A DNA stretch of 64,000 nt from Candidatus Aenigmatarchaeota archaeon (GTDB lineage Archaea; Aenigmatarchaeota; Aenigmatarchaeia; GW2011-AR5), in assembly GCA_016193585.1 (NCBI GenBank), contig JACPRW010000008.1, positions 3,432 through 67,431 on the forward strand, given 5' to 3'. Below are positions 1-9,616 of the stretch, piece by piece (the first letter of the stretch is position 1; each line of letters starts with the position of its first letter). A program made the position numbers and the translations under genes. Under the pieces are notes generated by a model, which saw nothing but the letters and a program-made list of their open reading frames with translations, had not been told where the DNA came from and ran no database searches.

Positions 1-164
1 GTTCCCACTCCCTCAAATTCCCCATAATCAGCGACAATCCCGTGGTAGAGCCCGTATAAATCCTCAACTTCTTCTGGAGTCAGCAGCGCATCAGCAACTG
101 CCGGTGCCTCCGGCTGTCTGAAAAGCCACAGCCCCAGATTCCTGAAGAACTGCACCATGTGCAT
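1..164 (-). CDS. hypothetical protein, 5' part (runs off window)
   Basis: Open frame MHMVQFFRNLGLWLFRQPEAP... read manually, co-directional with the upstream Mrp gene. Confidence 0.5.
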   Translation of the reverse strand, partial: MHMVQFFRNLGLWLFRQPEAPAVADALLTPEEVEDLYGLYHGIVADYGEFEGVG

Positions 165-181
165 CAGGATGACTGCAATCT

Positions 182-964
182 TTAAATGTGCTCGTTTAGA
201 GACTCTCTGAGTCGTGCTGTTATTTCTCTGAACTGTTCAGCAAGCTGCTCGTGCTCAAGGGCAGGGGGCACGCCTCTGTCGCCAAGCTCGCTGATGCGCT
301 TGTCAAGCACGATGCTGCCGAGGAACGGCATGCCTGCTGCCTCGGCCAGCTGTTTGCCGCCTCCTGAACCGAATGCTCCGCCTGCCATGTTTTCGATGAT
401 GCCGAGAACCGGCGCGCCGAGCCGCTGCGCCATGGCTATCGATTTGTGTGTGTCCTGCAGCGCTGCTGCCTGCGGCGTCGTCACTGCAACAATGCCGCTT
501 AGCCCGAGCTGCATGACCGTGAGGGGGATATCGCCTGTTCCAGGTGGCATATCGATGACAAGATAATTCGTGCCGCCAAGCTCTGCTGCCGCGAGCATCT
601 GCATGAGCGCGTGGTGCTTGAGGGGTCCGCGCATGATTGCCAGCGAATCGGCGTCCATGAGAAAAGCAGCAGACAGTATACCCATGCCGTATTTTTCTGC
701 CGGCAGCAGCGTCCGTTGCTCCGACACAGACAGCCGCTGCTCAATGCCGAGCATCCTGCCGACATCCGGGCAGTCGATATCCGCATCCAGCAGTGTCACG
801 CGGTGGCGTTGCGCAAGCGTTGCGGCAAGGTTTATAGCCACGGTTGTCTTGCCAACGCCGCCTTTGCCGGAGTGAACGCCGATTTTGCACGGAATGGAAG
901 AAAGCTTCTCCCTGACCCGCTCCTCGCGCTCAAGCATCTGCTGGAACGGGTTTTTGACAAGCAT
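182..964 (-). CDS. mrp: Mrp/NBP35 family ATPase (Fe-S cluster carrier)
   Basis: SGKGGVGKT deviant Walker A, DADIDCP, IDMPPGTGD, GIIENM motifs. Confidence 0.92.
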   Translation of the reverse strand: MLVKNPFQQMLEREERVREKLSSIPCKIGVHSGKGGVGKTTVAINLAATLAQRHRVTLLDADIDCPDVGRMLGIEQRLSVSEQRTLLPAEKYGMGILSAAFLMDADSLAIMRGPLKHHALMQMLAAAELGGTNYLVIDMPPGTGDIPLTVMQLGLSGIVAVTTPQAAALQDTHKSIAMAQRLGAPVLGIIENMAGGAFGSGGGKQLAEAAGMPFLGSIVLDKRISELGDRGVPPALEHEQLAEQFREITARLRESLNEHI

Positions 965-1012
965 ACTGACGTATGGAAGACGAATTATTAAAACTGCATT
1001 GGAGAAACCGGC

Positions 1013-1468
1013 CTATACGGTCACGACGCTGCCGACAGGCTTCCTGTCGCCGTAGCCTTCCTGAAGGCGGTGCCAGAATCGTATCTCCCTCTCTCCGTAT
1101 TTCCAGCACAGGAACACGAGCTCGCCGTCAATCTCGTGGTAAAAATCAACGAGGCCGACCGAGAGGTCCTTCACCACGCCGCCGAACTGGCGTATGTCCT
1201 CAATCCGCTGCTGCAGCCGTTCAAGCAGTTCGTTTCGCTCGCGCAGCTTTTCATTGTACATCTTGTTGTCAGGATTGCCGGCCTCATGCACAGCTTCGTT
1301 CCAGATGTCGAAGAGCTCCTTGATGCCATTCGTCACGTGCTTTATGCTGTCGTGAATCTCCATAATCTCCTTGACAATGGTTGTCAGCGGCGGCAGGGCA
1401 GCATTTGCTTCCTCGACAGAAAAGATGTGCGGCTTCATAAATACCCCGCCTTCGGCGTCGTATCCCAT
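1013..1468 (-). CDS. DUF2203 family protein (true start may be 1438)
   Basis: FSVEEANAALP...GVVKDLSVGLVDF...LCWKYGEREIRFWH pattern. Confidence 0.85.
   Translation of the reverse strand: MGYDAEGGVFMKPHIFSVEEANAALPPLTTIVKEIMEIHDSIKHVTNGIKELFDIWNEAVHEAGNPDNKMYNEKLRERNELLERLQQRIEDIRQFGGVVKDLSVGLVDFYHEIDGELVFLCWKYGEREIRFWHRLQEGYGDRKPVGSVVTV
1441..1468 (-). promoter_or_regulatory. ATGGGATACGA-stem-GGGTAT hairpin, copy 1
   Basis: ATAC-GA-CGCC-GAA-GGCG-GG-GTAT just before the ATG at 1438; related copies at 49527, 50542, 54980, 55446. Confidence 0.7.
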
Positions 1469-1482
1469 ATTATACTGTCACT

Positions 1483-2337
1483 TTATCTGATGCCCAGCAC
1501 TTCCCGCGACATGCTGTACATGACGACGCTGCCGAACGACGCGTATGCCAGGACGCGGAAGAGGTAATCGATTTTCCCCGGCGACCTGTTGACAAGACCG
1601 AGCATCTTCTTGCCGACGATGCGCTTGGGCCAGATGTAGTTCTCGTCCATGTAGTGCATGACCTGGTCGTAGGAAAGCTGCAGCCGCGCGACCGCGTAGT
1701 CCATAATCACCTTGAGCGGCGCATACTCGGTCACGAGCGTTGTCCTGCCCTTGTTGATTGCCTTGAGCACGTCCTCGGTGTCGTGCGCCTGCACGCGCAC
1801 CATGCCGTAGCCGAGCATGTCGATGGTATGCGCGTCGCTGCCTGCGGTCATCGGCATGCGGTGCTTCTCCGCGAATGCGCGCGCCTTGTCGTTGCCGATG
1901 CGCTCGGCATTGAGCGGGTTGAAAACCTCGACAGCATCGCAGTTCCGCGCAAGGTAGCGCACGCCTTCCTTCTTGATGTCAAAAGGGTGCGCGGCAATCG
2001 CGATGCCGCCCTGCTCGCGGATGCGGTCAACGGTTTCCCAGACCGTCAGCCCCGGCGGCACCGTCTCCTGGATGCCGATGGCGAGGACATGCCCGTTGGC
2101 GCTCGAGACCTCCTCGCCCGGTATGATCATGATGCCTTTCTTCGCGGCAAAGCGCTTCGCCCTGGGCAGGCCTGCCATGGTGTCGTGGTCCGCGAGCGTT
2201 ATCGCGTTCAGGCCGAGCTGGTGCGCGCGGGCGATCATCTGCTCGGGCGAGTGGATGCCGTCAAAGTGCACCTTCCCCCGTTTCGAGTAGTACGAGTGCG
2301 CGTGGAGCTCAACGAGCATATGCTTCCCGTTATACAT
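1483..2337 (-). CDS. PHP-family metal-dependent phosphoesterase
   Basis: ELHAHS, LADHD, GEE, AAHP, GSDAH motifs. Confidence 0.9.
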   Translation of the reverse strand: MYNGKHMLVELHAHSYYSKRGKVHFDGIHSPEQMIARAHQLGLNAITLADHDTMAGLPRAKRFAAKKGIMIIPGEEVSSANGHVLAIGIQETVPPGLTVWETVDRIREQGGIAIAAHPFDIKKEGVRYLARNCDAVEVFNPLNAERIGNDKARAFAEKHRMPMTAGSDAHTIDMLGYGMVRVQAHDTEDVLKAINKGRTTLVTEYAPLKVIMDYAVARLQLSYDQVMHYMDENYIWPKRIVGKKMLGLVNRSPGKIDYLFRVLAYASFGSVVMYSMSREVLGIR

Positions 2338-2389
2338 TCCCCGCCGGTCTTTTTAAGATTGCTGAACAGGGGACAAAAGACGGCGCAGC

Positions 2390-3325
2390 TTAGCCAGGAA
2401 CAAACATCGCTCCTGCGCCCAGTATGCGCGGCAGCGTCTGCTTCGTGCTCGCGAGGAGGCACTGCTGCTCGGCATACCATGCGGCAGGCTGGTCTAACGA
2501 CAGTGTCAGCAGCGGATCGGCGCTTTCAATACGGCAGGCGATGACCTGCAGGCCGACCGAGAGAAGTAGCTGCCCGCCTGTGGTTGGCGTTTCGCGGCTG
2601 AATCTGCTTTTGGTGAACATGACGCTCGCGTGCTGTGCGACGTGCGCATTCGCGCACAGCACGTAGCCGCGCTTCAGGTCGCTGGCGTCGACGCCTTTCA
2701 GGCTGAGCCCCACGCGCATGCCGGCGTGCGCGGCGTCAACGTCCTTGTCCTGCGACTGAATGCCCTTCACGACTGCCTGTGCGCCGAGCGGCTGCACCGC
2801 AAGCGTATCGTGCTTCTTCACTGTCCCGCTGCGCACGACGCCCAGCACGACCGTTCCGACGCTTTTTACGCTGAAGGAATTGTCAATCGGTATCCACACG
2901 CTTCCTTCGGTCGCAGCAGCAGGGACCGACGTAAGCTGCTCGCGAAGCTCGCGCTCGTCGCGCACCCACGTATAGCGCTCAAGCGTTGTTCCCTTGATGA
3001 GCTGCCTGAGCTGTTCGTTCTGCGAGAGGATGAAGCCGCGACCAAAGCCGAACGCGTCCAGTGCGACTAGCTGCTCGGCGAGTTCGCGCGTTACGGCATC
3101 AGCCGCGACGACAGGAACGTCAATCAGCTGGACGACCTGAAGCAATGGCTTGATTTCAGGAGAATTCGGCGAGGCGAACGTCCAGATGCGCTCCGAATCG
3201 GCGTGGTGCGTGAGCAGGATGTCGTTCGTCGTCCCCTGCTTGCCCATCTTTTTGGCGAGTGCGGCGTCGCCGAACACGCCGATGGTGAGGTGCTGCACGG
3301 CAGATTCCTGCAACAGAACATTCAT
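2390..3325 (-). CDS. EF-Tu/SelB-like protein with degenerate G domain
   Basis: IDNSFSVKSVGTVVLG...VKGIQ...AGMRVGLSLKG EF-Tu domain II; no intact GxxxxGKT. Confidence 0.8.
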   Translation of the reverse strand: MNVLLQESAVQHLTIGVFGDAALAKKMGKQGTTNDILLTHHADSERIWTFASPNSPEIKPLLQVVQLIDVPVVAADAVTRELAEQLVALDAFGFGRGFILSQNEQLRQLIKGTTLERYTWVRDERELREQLTSVPAAATEGSVWIPIDNSFSVKSVGTVVLGVVRSGTVKKHDTLAVQPLGAQAVVKGIQSQDKDVDAAHAGMRVGLSLKGVDASDLKRGYVLCANAHVAQHASVMFTKSRFSRETPTTGGQLLLSVGLQVIACRIESADPLLTLSLDQPAAWYAEQQCLLASTKQTLPRILGAGAMFVPG

Positions 3326-3531
3326 AAAGCAGTGTGCATGGGCCCGCGCGATGACAGGCCGGCTCGCGAATGCGCCCAGGAAGACCAGCTAATACACAGT
3401 CCCCAAAAAAGCTTTATGAGTTACAATGCTAAAAAATCAGAAGCTTGGAGGTAAATTGCCCGAAAGTATTAACAGAATTGATAAAGGAATTTAGTGGACA
3501 GCCTACTAGATGCTTTCAGATACGTATTCTT

Positions 3532-3603
3532 ATTGTGCTCAAAATTCTCCGCGACACTGGGTTGACTCGCGAGGAGTTCGTAGAACTTGTGAAAAATTCC
3601 TAA
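3532..3603 (+). pseudogene. HicA toxin C-terminal remnant
   Basis: IVLKILRDTGLTREEFVELVKNS* resembles the end of the HicA at 23196 (LEIIRQSGLTRQEFLQLL); no 5' part. Confidence 0.5.
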
Positions 3604-3612
3604 AGATGCCGT

Positions 3613-3677
3613 CCTACTTGTACAAGGAGAACATTCGTTCTCCGGTACAGTAGGTTGCTTTTGCAACCTACTTGTAC
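3613..3677. repeat. twin-hairpin cassette flanked by 11-bp direct repeat CCTACTTGTAC
   Basis: GGAGAAC-attc-GTTCTCC, spacer GGTACA, GTAGGTTGC-tttt-GCAACCTAC; direct repeat at 3613-3623 and 3667-3677. Confidence 0.75.
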
Positions 3678-4081
3678 TCCCGCCACACGTGCCTGCACTT
3701 CGTGCACCTGAAGAACTGCGTCGGCGGCTCGTCCGCGCTCCGCGTCTGCTGGAGCCACCAGTGCGCCTTCGGGTTGTCGCACTTTTCGCATGCCTTGTCG
3801 GTTACCGGCAGTATCGTCTCGTCCTTCTCGAGGACGACGATGCCCTTCGGCGCTTTCTTCTCCTCGACGATGCGCAGCCCATGGATGTTCTTTTGTATCT
3901 CGTAGCCGCATGACCTGCACTTGAGGAACGTGTTCTTCCTGCGCTTCTCCGGAATCATTATGGAGCCGCATTTCTTGCAGAACTCGATAGCCGCTTTCTT
4001 CTCTTTCGGAGCCGGCTTTTCTTTTGCTGGTTGCGCTGCTTTCGACCTTCGATTTCTCTGCTGCACTGTTTTTTTTGGCAT
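3668..4081 (-). CDS. tfs: transcription factor S (TFS/RpoM family)
   Basis: Two Zn ribbons (FCKKCG...CRSCG; CEKC...CTKC) and QTRSADEPPT acidic hairpin. Confidence 0.93.
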   Translation of the reverse strand: MPKKTVQQRNRRSKAAQPAKEKPAPKEKKAAIEFCKKCGSIMIPEKRRKNTFLKCRSCGYEIQKNIHGLRIVEEKKAPKGIVVLEKDETILPVTDKACEKCDNPKAHWWLQQTRSADEPPTQFFRCTKCRHVWREYK

Positions 4082-4273
4082 CGATACTCACCGCCGCAAA
4101 CGTCGCGTTGCGGAAGAAGTTACCGCTAGTATTGTGCACAGAGGTATATATAGGCGTGGTGGGATATACCAAAAAAGCAATTTGAATTGCAGAGGCATTT
4201 TTCAGGGAAGAAAAGCGCGGGCACATGGAGCGTGTGGTCCCATGCGCCGCGAAAAGACGGGGTGTGAACAGTA

Positions 4274-4675
4274 TCAGCCTGCGGCTTTTGTCCTGTCTGT
4301 CCGCATTTTCTTGACGAAGCCCGACGCTGCGAGGTCCTTCTCCAGCCGCTTGGGCGCCTTGCAGCGGGTGACATCGATGACCGCCTCCCATGCAACCAGG
4401 CTGCCGCGCTTGAGCGTCCTGCTTTCGCTCATGAGGATGTCGCACTGGTGCCGCGAAAAAACGTCGACTATCTTGGCGAGCGATCCCGGCTTGTCGCTGA
4501 TGACAAGCGAGATGCGCGATGTGCCCTCGAGAAACGGCATGACCTTGAATTCCTTCTTTTCGTTGCTGGAGAGGACGAGCTGCGCCCCTTCCCTGAGTCC
4601 CAGATAATCCCGTATGTGGTAGGGCACCGTAATCCTTCCTTTCGAATCTATCTTGACGACGTTCGCGTTTTTCAT
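4274..4675 (-). CDS. AbrB/MazE DNA-binding domain + ACT domain regulator
   Basis: KIDSKGRITVP...YLGL then SDKPGSLAKIVDVF...DILMSES; ATGA overlap with upstream AbrB gene. Confidence 0.82.
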   Translation of the reverse strand: MKNANVVKIDSKGRITVPYHIRDYLGLREGAQLVLSSNEKKEFKVMPFLEGTSRISLVISDKPGSLAKIVDVFSRHQCDILMSESRTLKRGSLVAWEAVIDVTRCKAPKRLEKDLAASGFVKKMRTDRTKAAG

Positions 4676-4890
4676 GCAGCTCCCCCCTGGGGAAAACCGC
4701 GCTTGTCCCGCGCCAGCTCGGCACCGGGCACAGGCATGTCGCCTGCCTTGAGCGGCACGAGGACGATTTCCTTCTGCTCGTTCATGTCGATGACGAGCTC
4801 GTCGCCTATGTCGAGACCGAACAGGTTGCGCAGATGGAACGGTATTGAAATCCTTCCCTTCGAATCCATCGTCGTCACGTTGATTTTCAC
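4672..4890 (-). CDS. AbrB/MazE/SpoVT family DNA-binding protein
   Basis: TMDSKGRISIP...FGLDIGDELVI. Confidence 0.82.
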   Translation of the reverse strand: MKINVTTMDSKGRISIPFHLRNLFGLDIGDELVIDMNEQKEIVLVPLKAGDMPVPGAELARDKRGFPQGGAA

Positions 4891-5170
4891 ACGACCGCCT
4901 CATGCGCCTTCAGGTATGACACCGCCCCGCACCAGCCGCACTCGAGCTCGAGGAATCTACCTAATGCAACCCTGACGTCCATCGGGAAGCCGCAGCAATA
5001 GGGGATGCGCATCACAGAGAACGTAAGCCGGCGGGATGATATAAAAAGCTCCTAAAACGCTTGTTATAATATTTTGCAAAAAGTGGGAAAAATAGGGGAA
5101 ATTTGTGGGTAAAATTATACAATATTTGTTGTAATACTATAAAACCATTCATAGCCTTTTTATAGGTTTG

Positions 5171-5189
5171 CTTTGTATACTATACAAAG
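5171..5189. promoter_or_regulatory. perfect inverted repeat, candidate operator in divergent promoter
   Basis: CTTTGTATA-C-TATACAAAG about 25 nt upstream of the HTH regulator gene. Confidence 0.5.
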
Positions 5190-5214
5190 GGATAGCTGAA
5201 CAGGTGCTTCTTTC

Positions 5215-6141
5215 ATGAAAACATTGTTCGTTGAGCACAGCGGCGACAGGCAGAAAATATACCGCAGCCTGCTCATCGAGCCGAAAAAACTCAATATTCT
5301 CAGCAGCGATCTTGCAATCAGGATTGTCGCCGAGCTCGGCAGCCAGCAGCAGTGCGCCATGGACCTTGCGCGGGCGCTCAAGCAGCACGAGCAGAAAATC
5401 TATTATCACCTGCGCAACCTCGAGAAGGCCGGCATCGTCAGGCAGGTCGGCACGGAAAACCGCTACGGCATGACCGCGAAGATTTACGACGTGGTGTCGC
5501 CGGTCGTCGCGGCGAAGCTGTACGAGGGCGGACACACCATTGAAAACCCGCGACCTATCAAAGACCATGACGTTGAGGAATTTCTGAGGCCGTTTATTAT
5601 CGATGGGAAACTGAACGCGCTGACGATTTTTGGCTATCCCTACTCGCATGGAAAATACGACGCGGCAGCGAAGGGGGATGCGCACGCGTTTGACTTAGCC
5701 CTGCTTCTGGGGAGCTTTCTCAGGGAAGTAAACTTTCCTAATTACATGTACGACGTGGATGCGCGGGAAGGCGACGTAAAAAACAATCTGATACTCATCG
5801 GCAATACCAAGTCGAATACGATTATCGACAAAATGAACGGGGGCTTTCAGATAGCATTTGACGAGGAAGGCAATGTCATATCGAAGAAGTCCGGGAAAAC
5901 GTACAAGGACCCGAGTGTGGGCGTGGTAATCAAGTGCGCCAATCCCTTCAGCAAGAATAAAAAGATTTTGCTTTTATATGGGATACGGACACGCGGCATA
6001 CGGACGGCGATAATGGCGATTACCAACAAGCTTAATGAGCTGGTAAAAGGCGCTGAAGACGACGGGAGCCTCGTGCGGATTGTCGAGGGCCTTGACCGGG
6101 ACGGCGACAAGGTCATAGACCATGTCGAGATTTTGGAATAG
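5215..6141 (+). CDS. ArsR-like winged-HTH regulator with C-terminal alpha/beta domain
   Basis: AMDLARALKQHEQKIYYHLRNLEKAGIV; C-terminal NNLILIG...LLLYGIRTRG. Confidence 0.8.
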   Translation: MKTLFVEHSGDRQKIYRSLLIEPKKLNILSSDLAIRIVAELGSQQQCAMDLARALKQHEQKIYYHLRNLEKAGIVRQVGTENRYGMTAKIYDVVSPVVAAKLYEGGHTIENPRPIKDHDVEEFLRPFIIDGKLNALTIFGYPYSHGKYDAAAKGDAHAFDLALLLGSFLREVNFPNYMYDVDAREGDVKNNLILIGNTKSNTIIDKMNGGFQIAFDEEGNVISKKSGKTYKDPSVGVVIKCANPFSKNKKILLLYGIRTRGIRTAIMAITNKLNELVKGAEDDGSLVRIVEGLDRDGDKVIDHVEILE

Positions 6142-7001
6142 TGAGTTGTATGTATACACCATCGGCTGTTTCCCGGATTGCACAGGCGACTCTTTGGCCC
6201 TTGTACCGTTCTCTCGTCAACACCCATTACGGCAGGAGGGTGGTAATCGAAGAACTAGCGAGGGAGTCCAGAGACGGCGATGAGTTCAGGCAGCTGCTCA
6301 GGAAATACGGCGGAGAGGAGGTCGCGCGGCAGTTCCTTGAAGTACAGGGACCGCAGCCAGAAAGCTGGTCCCTGAAACTCGAACGAACACCGTACCAGAT
6401 AGCCGAGCAAATAGACAATGAAAGGCGTGGCCATCCGGTCCTGTGGGCTCCCATCCAGACAGGTGGCGAAACAGAAGGGGCGGACATTGCAAAGTATCTC
6501 AGAGCACTTGGTGTACCATATCAGAAAATTTCCGTCACCAGAGACCGAAAAAAAGGGAAAATTTATCCACATGGACGCGAACTGGTAGAACGGATAGATC
6601 AGGTACGCTACGCCAACGATGCGGACCGGCTACTCATCGTGTGCTGGGACGACGTGCTGTCCACCGGTGCTGACGTTTCCATGGAATTAGACGAGCTCTC
6701 CAAGCTGCCTCACGGAAGGGTGCTTGGCATTCGGGTAGGAGCAGTCCTCGATCGTGTCGGCGGTGCTGATTCTGGCTATGCCGCTCTACGAACAACGAAG
6801 CCCGTTTTTGTTGGCAAGGAAGAAATGCTTGCACTTTACAGGTCATCCGGATCGGTAGGAGAATTCCGTGATCGTGTTGCTACCTTGAGGGATTTGTATC
6901 TGGCCCCTGAGGAGGTAGTGGTGGATAGGGCAATCGCCGTTGAAGAGCGGGTAATGAGGGACTTGATCGGGCTATTGAAGGCAAGAAATTGTAGTGGATG
7001 A
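6141..7001 (+). CDS. type I phosphoribosyltransferase-fold protein
   Basis: LLIVCWDDVLSTG PRPP-binding motif; GAVLDR. Confidence 0.65.
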   Translation: MSCMYTPSAVSRIAQATLWPLYRSLVNTHYGRRVVIEELARESRDGDEFRQLLRKYGGEEVARQFLEVQGPQPESWSLKLERTPYQIAEQIDNERRGHPVLWAPIQTGGETEGADIAKYLRALGVPYQKISVTRDRKKGKIYPHGRELVERIDQVRYANDADRLLIVCWDDVLSTGADVSMELDELSKLPHGRVLGIRVGAVLDRVGGADSGYAALRTTKPVFVGKEEMLALYRSSGSVGEFRDRVATLRDLYLAPEEVVVDRAIAVEERVMRDLIGLLKARNCSG

Positions 7002-7443
7002 TAGTATGGGCATCAACCAGGGACAGGCAATAAATCGGATAACTGAGGAGACGAGCCTCGATGCATTGTACGGATTTGTGCCGCGCGGTAGTAAAGTAAC
7101 CATATTCAGAACTGAAGAAGCAAGCACGTACGCAAATATACTTGCTTCTCTGCTAGGGATCCGCGGCAGAGGCATCGAGCAGTATCCTCTGAATAGGGAA
7201 CATGCCCCTCAAGTTAGGCAACGGGCAACTGGTGCTGACCGGGTACTCGTCGTGTACGAAACTGGTGGCAACGGCTCGTATCCTCTGACAAATGCACTGG
7301 ATATTTTCAGAAGGGCTGCCGAAAAAGGGACGATACTGGAGGGCAACGTGGGCGTCATAGTTGTGGAGGCGGAACCGTTTGCCATCGTGCCCCTCGCAAA
7401 AGCCATAGAGGAACACCCCTATCAACGGAGACGAAGGCACTGA
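6994..7443 (+). CDS. hypothetical protein, possibly degenerate PRTase fold
   Basis: Overlaps upstream gene; RVLVVYETGGNG...VGVIVV resembles the PRTase core without the DD pair. Confidence 0.5.
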   Translation: MDDSMGINQGQAINRITEETSLDALYGFVPRGSKVTIFRTEEASTYANILASLLGIRGRGIEQYPLNREHAPQVRQRATGADRVLVVYETGGNGSYPLTNALDIFRRAAEKGTILEGNVGVIVVEAEPFAIVPLAKAIEEHPYQRRRRH

Positions 7444-7444
7444 T

Positions 7445-8521
7445 ATGCCCCCGCGGCGAGCGGTTCTTTCTGTTGACCACGATACTTTCCTCGTTCCCGA
7501 GCGGCCCAACCTCGGCGTGTATGGTGAGATGGGAAGACGATATGGCATAGAAGTGCCGTACACGACGCTTGCACCATACACCGGCTCAGGTGCTCTGCCG
7601 AGGCGCCGCCTTGTGGAGGAACTCGGCTTTCCTATTTCGACAGAAGAACTGAGAAGAATAGGAATTTCTGAAGACTACCACGACCTCGTTGCCGTCGGCA
7701 GCGCTGTTATAGATATACTGTATACGCCTGATGGAACGTTCAGGAAAACAGGCGGCGCTGCGAGCACCACTGCCATCAGGCTCGGCTCGTGGGGTTACCG
7801 GACAGGATTCATCGGAAGAATCGGCAATGACGGAGTCGGAAAATTGCTTCTTGAGGAATTTGCGGCGCATCGCGTCGATACCAGCCGGTTGCGGGTAGAC
7901 GCGTACCCAACCGATAGCATCGATGTACGCGTCACGCCGGCAGAAAGCCACATCCAATACACACAGAAGCGCAGGCAGATACGCTGGTCAGCAAACGATG
8001 CGCACTACACAGGATGTGCTGCAGCAGTGTACGTACGGGCAGGAAGCTCACTGTTTATGCCAGTCGCGCAAACTGCAAAGGACTCCAGCACACGACTGTT
8101 CGTTTCGCTCAACGGCCTGGGGCACGATGCCGAAGACCTCCGCCTCCTTGGCGCGGCGCGCATGGATGCGGTATTCGGCAATGAAAAGGAGTTCAGCAGC
8201 ATCGAACGCATTGCAGGCGACATCCTTGGCAATGGTGCCATGATTGTGGTGACCAGAGGAAACAAAGGATGTACCATAATGAGGGATGTATCAGAAAGAT
8301 CATATCCTGCGTATCGCGTCAGGTGCCTCGACCCAACAGGCGCAGGGGACGCGTTCGCTGCCGGTTTCATCCACGGTTACCTGCAGCAATGGAGCATTGA
8401 TGAGGCGGCACCGTTCGCCAATGCCTGCGGCGCGCTTGCAACGACGCAGTATGGCGCGCGGAGCGTGCTCCCGACAGTTGACGAAGTGCGCGCCTTCATG
8501 TCGTCACGAAGGAATGAATAA
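7445..8521 (+). CDS. PfkB/ribokinase-family kinase with N-terminal extension
   Basis: GGAAST, GRIGND, VTRGNKG, DPTGAGDAFAAG. Confidence 0.9.
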   Translation: MPPRRAVLSVDHDTFLVPERPNLGVYGEMGRRYGIEVPYTTLAPYTGSGALPRRRLVEELGFPISTEELRRIGISEDYHDLVAVGSAVIDILYTPDGTFRKTGGAASTTAIRLGSWGYRTGFIGRIGNDGVGKLLLEEFAAHRVDTSRLRVDAYPTDSIDVRVTPAESHIQYTQKRRQIRWSANDAHYTGCAAAVYVRAGSSLFMPVAQTAKDSSTRLFVSLNGLGHDAEDLRLLGAARMDAVFGNEKEFSSIERIAGDILGNGAMIVVTRGNKGCTIMRDVSERSYPAYRVRCLDPTGAGDAFAAGFIHGYLQQWSIDEAAPFANACGALATTQYGARSVLPTVDEVRAFMSSRRNE

Positions 8522-8546
8522 ATAGACTGCGCCGCACATCTATAGC

Positions 8547-9068
8547 ATGAAGGTGGCATATGCGCTCCTGGTGCTGTCGATAGCGCTCATGCCGCTGCTC
8601 TATGTTGCGTTCGGGCTGAAGCTGCTGGTCATTTATGCGCTCATCTGGACGGACAAGCTTCTTATCGGGCTCGTGAAACCGCTGCGGCTTGTTGGTGTAG
8701 ACCTGTCGACGTTTGCGGCTGTGCTTGCCGGCATGGCATATGGCCCCCTTGCTGCCTTTGTGTTCGTGCTCATTGTCTACACCTTTCTGTGGTCGCTGCG
8801 CTACCTCCTGGTGCCGATACTGCTGCCTGACTGGCCGCTCTTTGTCCCCGACCGCTACGGCGTCGTCTACGCATCCGCAGGCATCATCGCCGGATTCATG
8901 GCGGCGTCTTCGTTCAGCATGATTATGATTACCGCGGTGGCAGCGAAAATCCTGATTCACGGGACGGCTGAACTGCTTCTGGGGAAGCCTGTCCGCGTGA
9001 TACAGTTTATCGGTACCATCGTGTTTCACGCTCTTGTCATAATTCCCTTCGGCATGGCACTCGTATAA
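8547..9068 (+). CDS. integral membrane protein (ECF S-component-like)
   Basis: About 6 hydrophobic helices, AGMAYGPLAA motif. Confidence 0.6.
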   Translation: MKVAYALLVLSIALMPLLYVAFGLKLLVIYALIWTDKLLIGLVKPLRLVGVDLSTFAAVLAGMAYGPLAAFVFVLIVYTFLWSLRYLLVPILLPDWPLFVPDRYGVVYASAGIIAGFMAASSFSMIMITAVAAKILIHGTAELLLGKPVRVIQFIGTIVFHALVIIPFGMALV

Positions 9069-9074
9069 TTTTAA

Positions 9075-9524
9075 ATGCCTTCTGGAAAAATATTCCATAT
9101 GCTCTCGAAAAAGGATGAAAGAATCCTGTCATTGCTTAAAAAGAACGCAAAATTATCCAGCAAGCAAATCAGCGGGCAGACCGGCATCCCCGTCACGACG
9201 GTGCACAACCGCATCAAGAAGCTGGAGAGGGACGGAGTGATACGCGGGTACCGCGCCATCGTGGCGCGGGAGAAGACGGGAAAAAACGTCCATGCGTTCG
9301 TGCACATCGAGCTCGGCATGAAGCGCGAGCAGGCCGTGGTCAAGACCCTCGAGCAGATGCCGGAGGTCGAGGCGTGGTACATTCTTACCGGCGAGACCGA
9401 CATCCTCCTGAAAGTATCCGTCGCGGACGTCCACGAGCTCAACGACCTCGTGCTCAACAAGCTCAAGACAGTCAAAAGCATCAAGAAAACCCAGACGTCG
9501 CTTGTGCTGAAAGGCTCTGACTGA
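9075..9524 (+). CDS. Lrp/AsnC family transcriptional regulator
   Basis: DERILSLLKKNAK...TVHNRIKKLERDGVI...LTGETDILLKV. Confidence 0.93.
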   Translation: MPSGKIFHMLSKKDERILSLLKKNAKLSSKQISGQTGIPVTTVHNRIKKLERDGVIRGYRAIVAREKTGKNVHAFVHIELGMKREQAVVKTLEQMPEVEAWYILTGETDILLKVSVADVHELNDLVLNKLKTVKSIKKTQTSLVLKGSD

Positions 9525-9616
9525 AGCGAAAACGAAATGGCGTTATTTCTTTTGGTACCGAGTATAGAGGCAGGTAGTTCACGAAAATTCCGAACATTTA
9601 AGACTGTTGGTGAAAA

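Noticed and set aside
2390-3325. Selenocysteine machinery
   Set aside because: No G-domain motifs, tRNA-Sec or in-frame UGA read-through candidate seen in the window.
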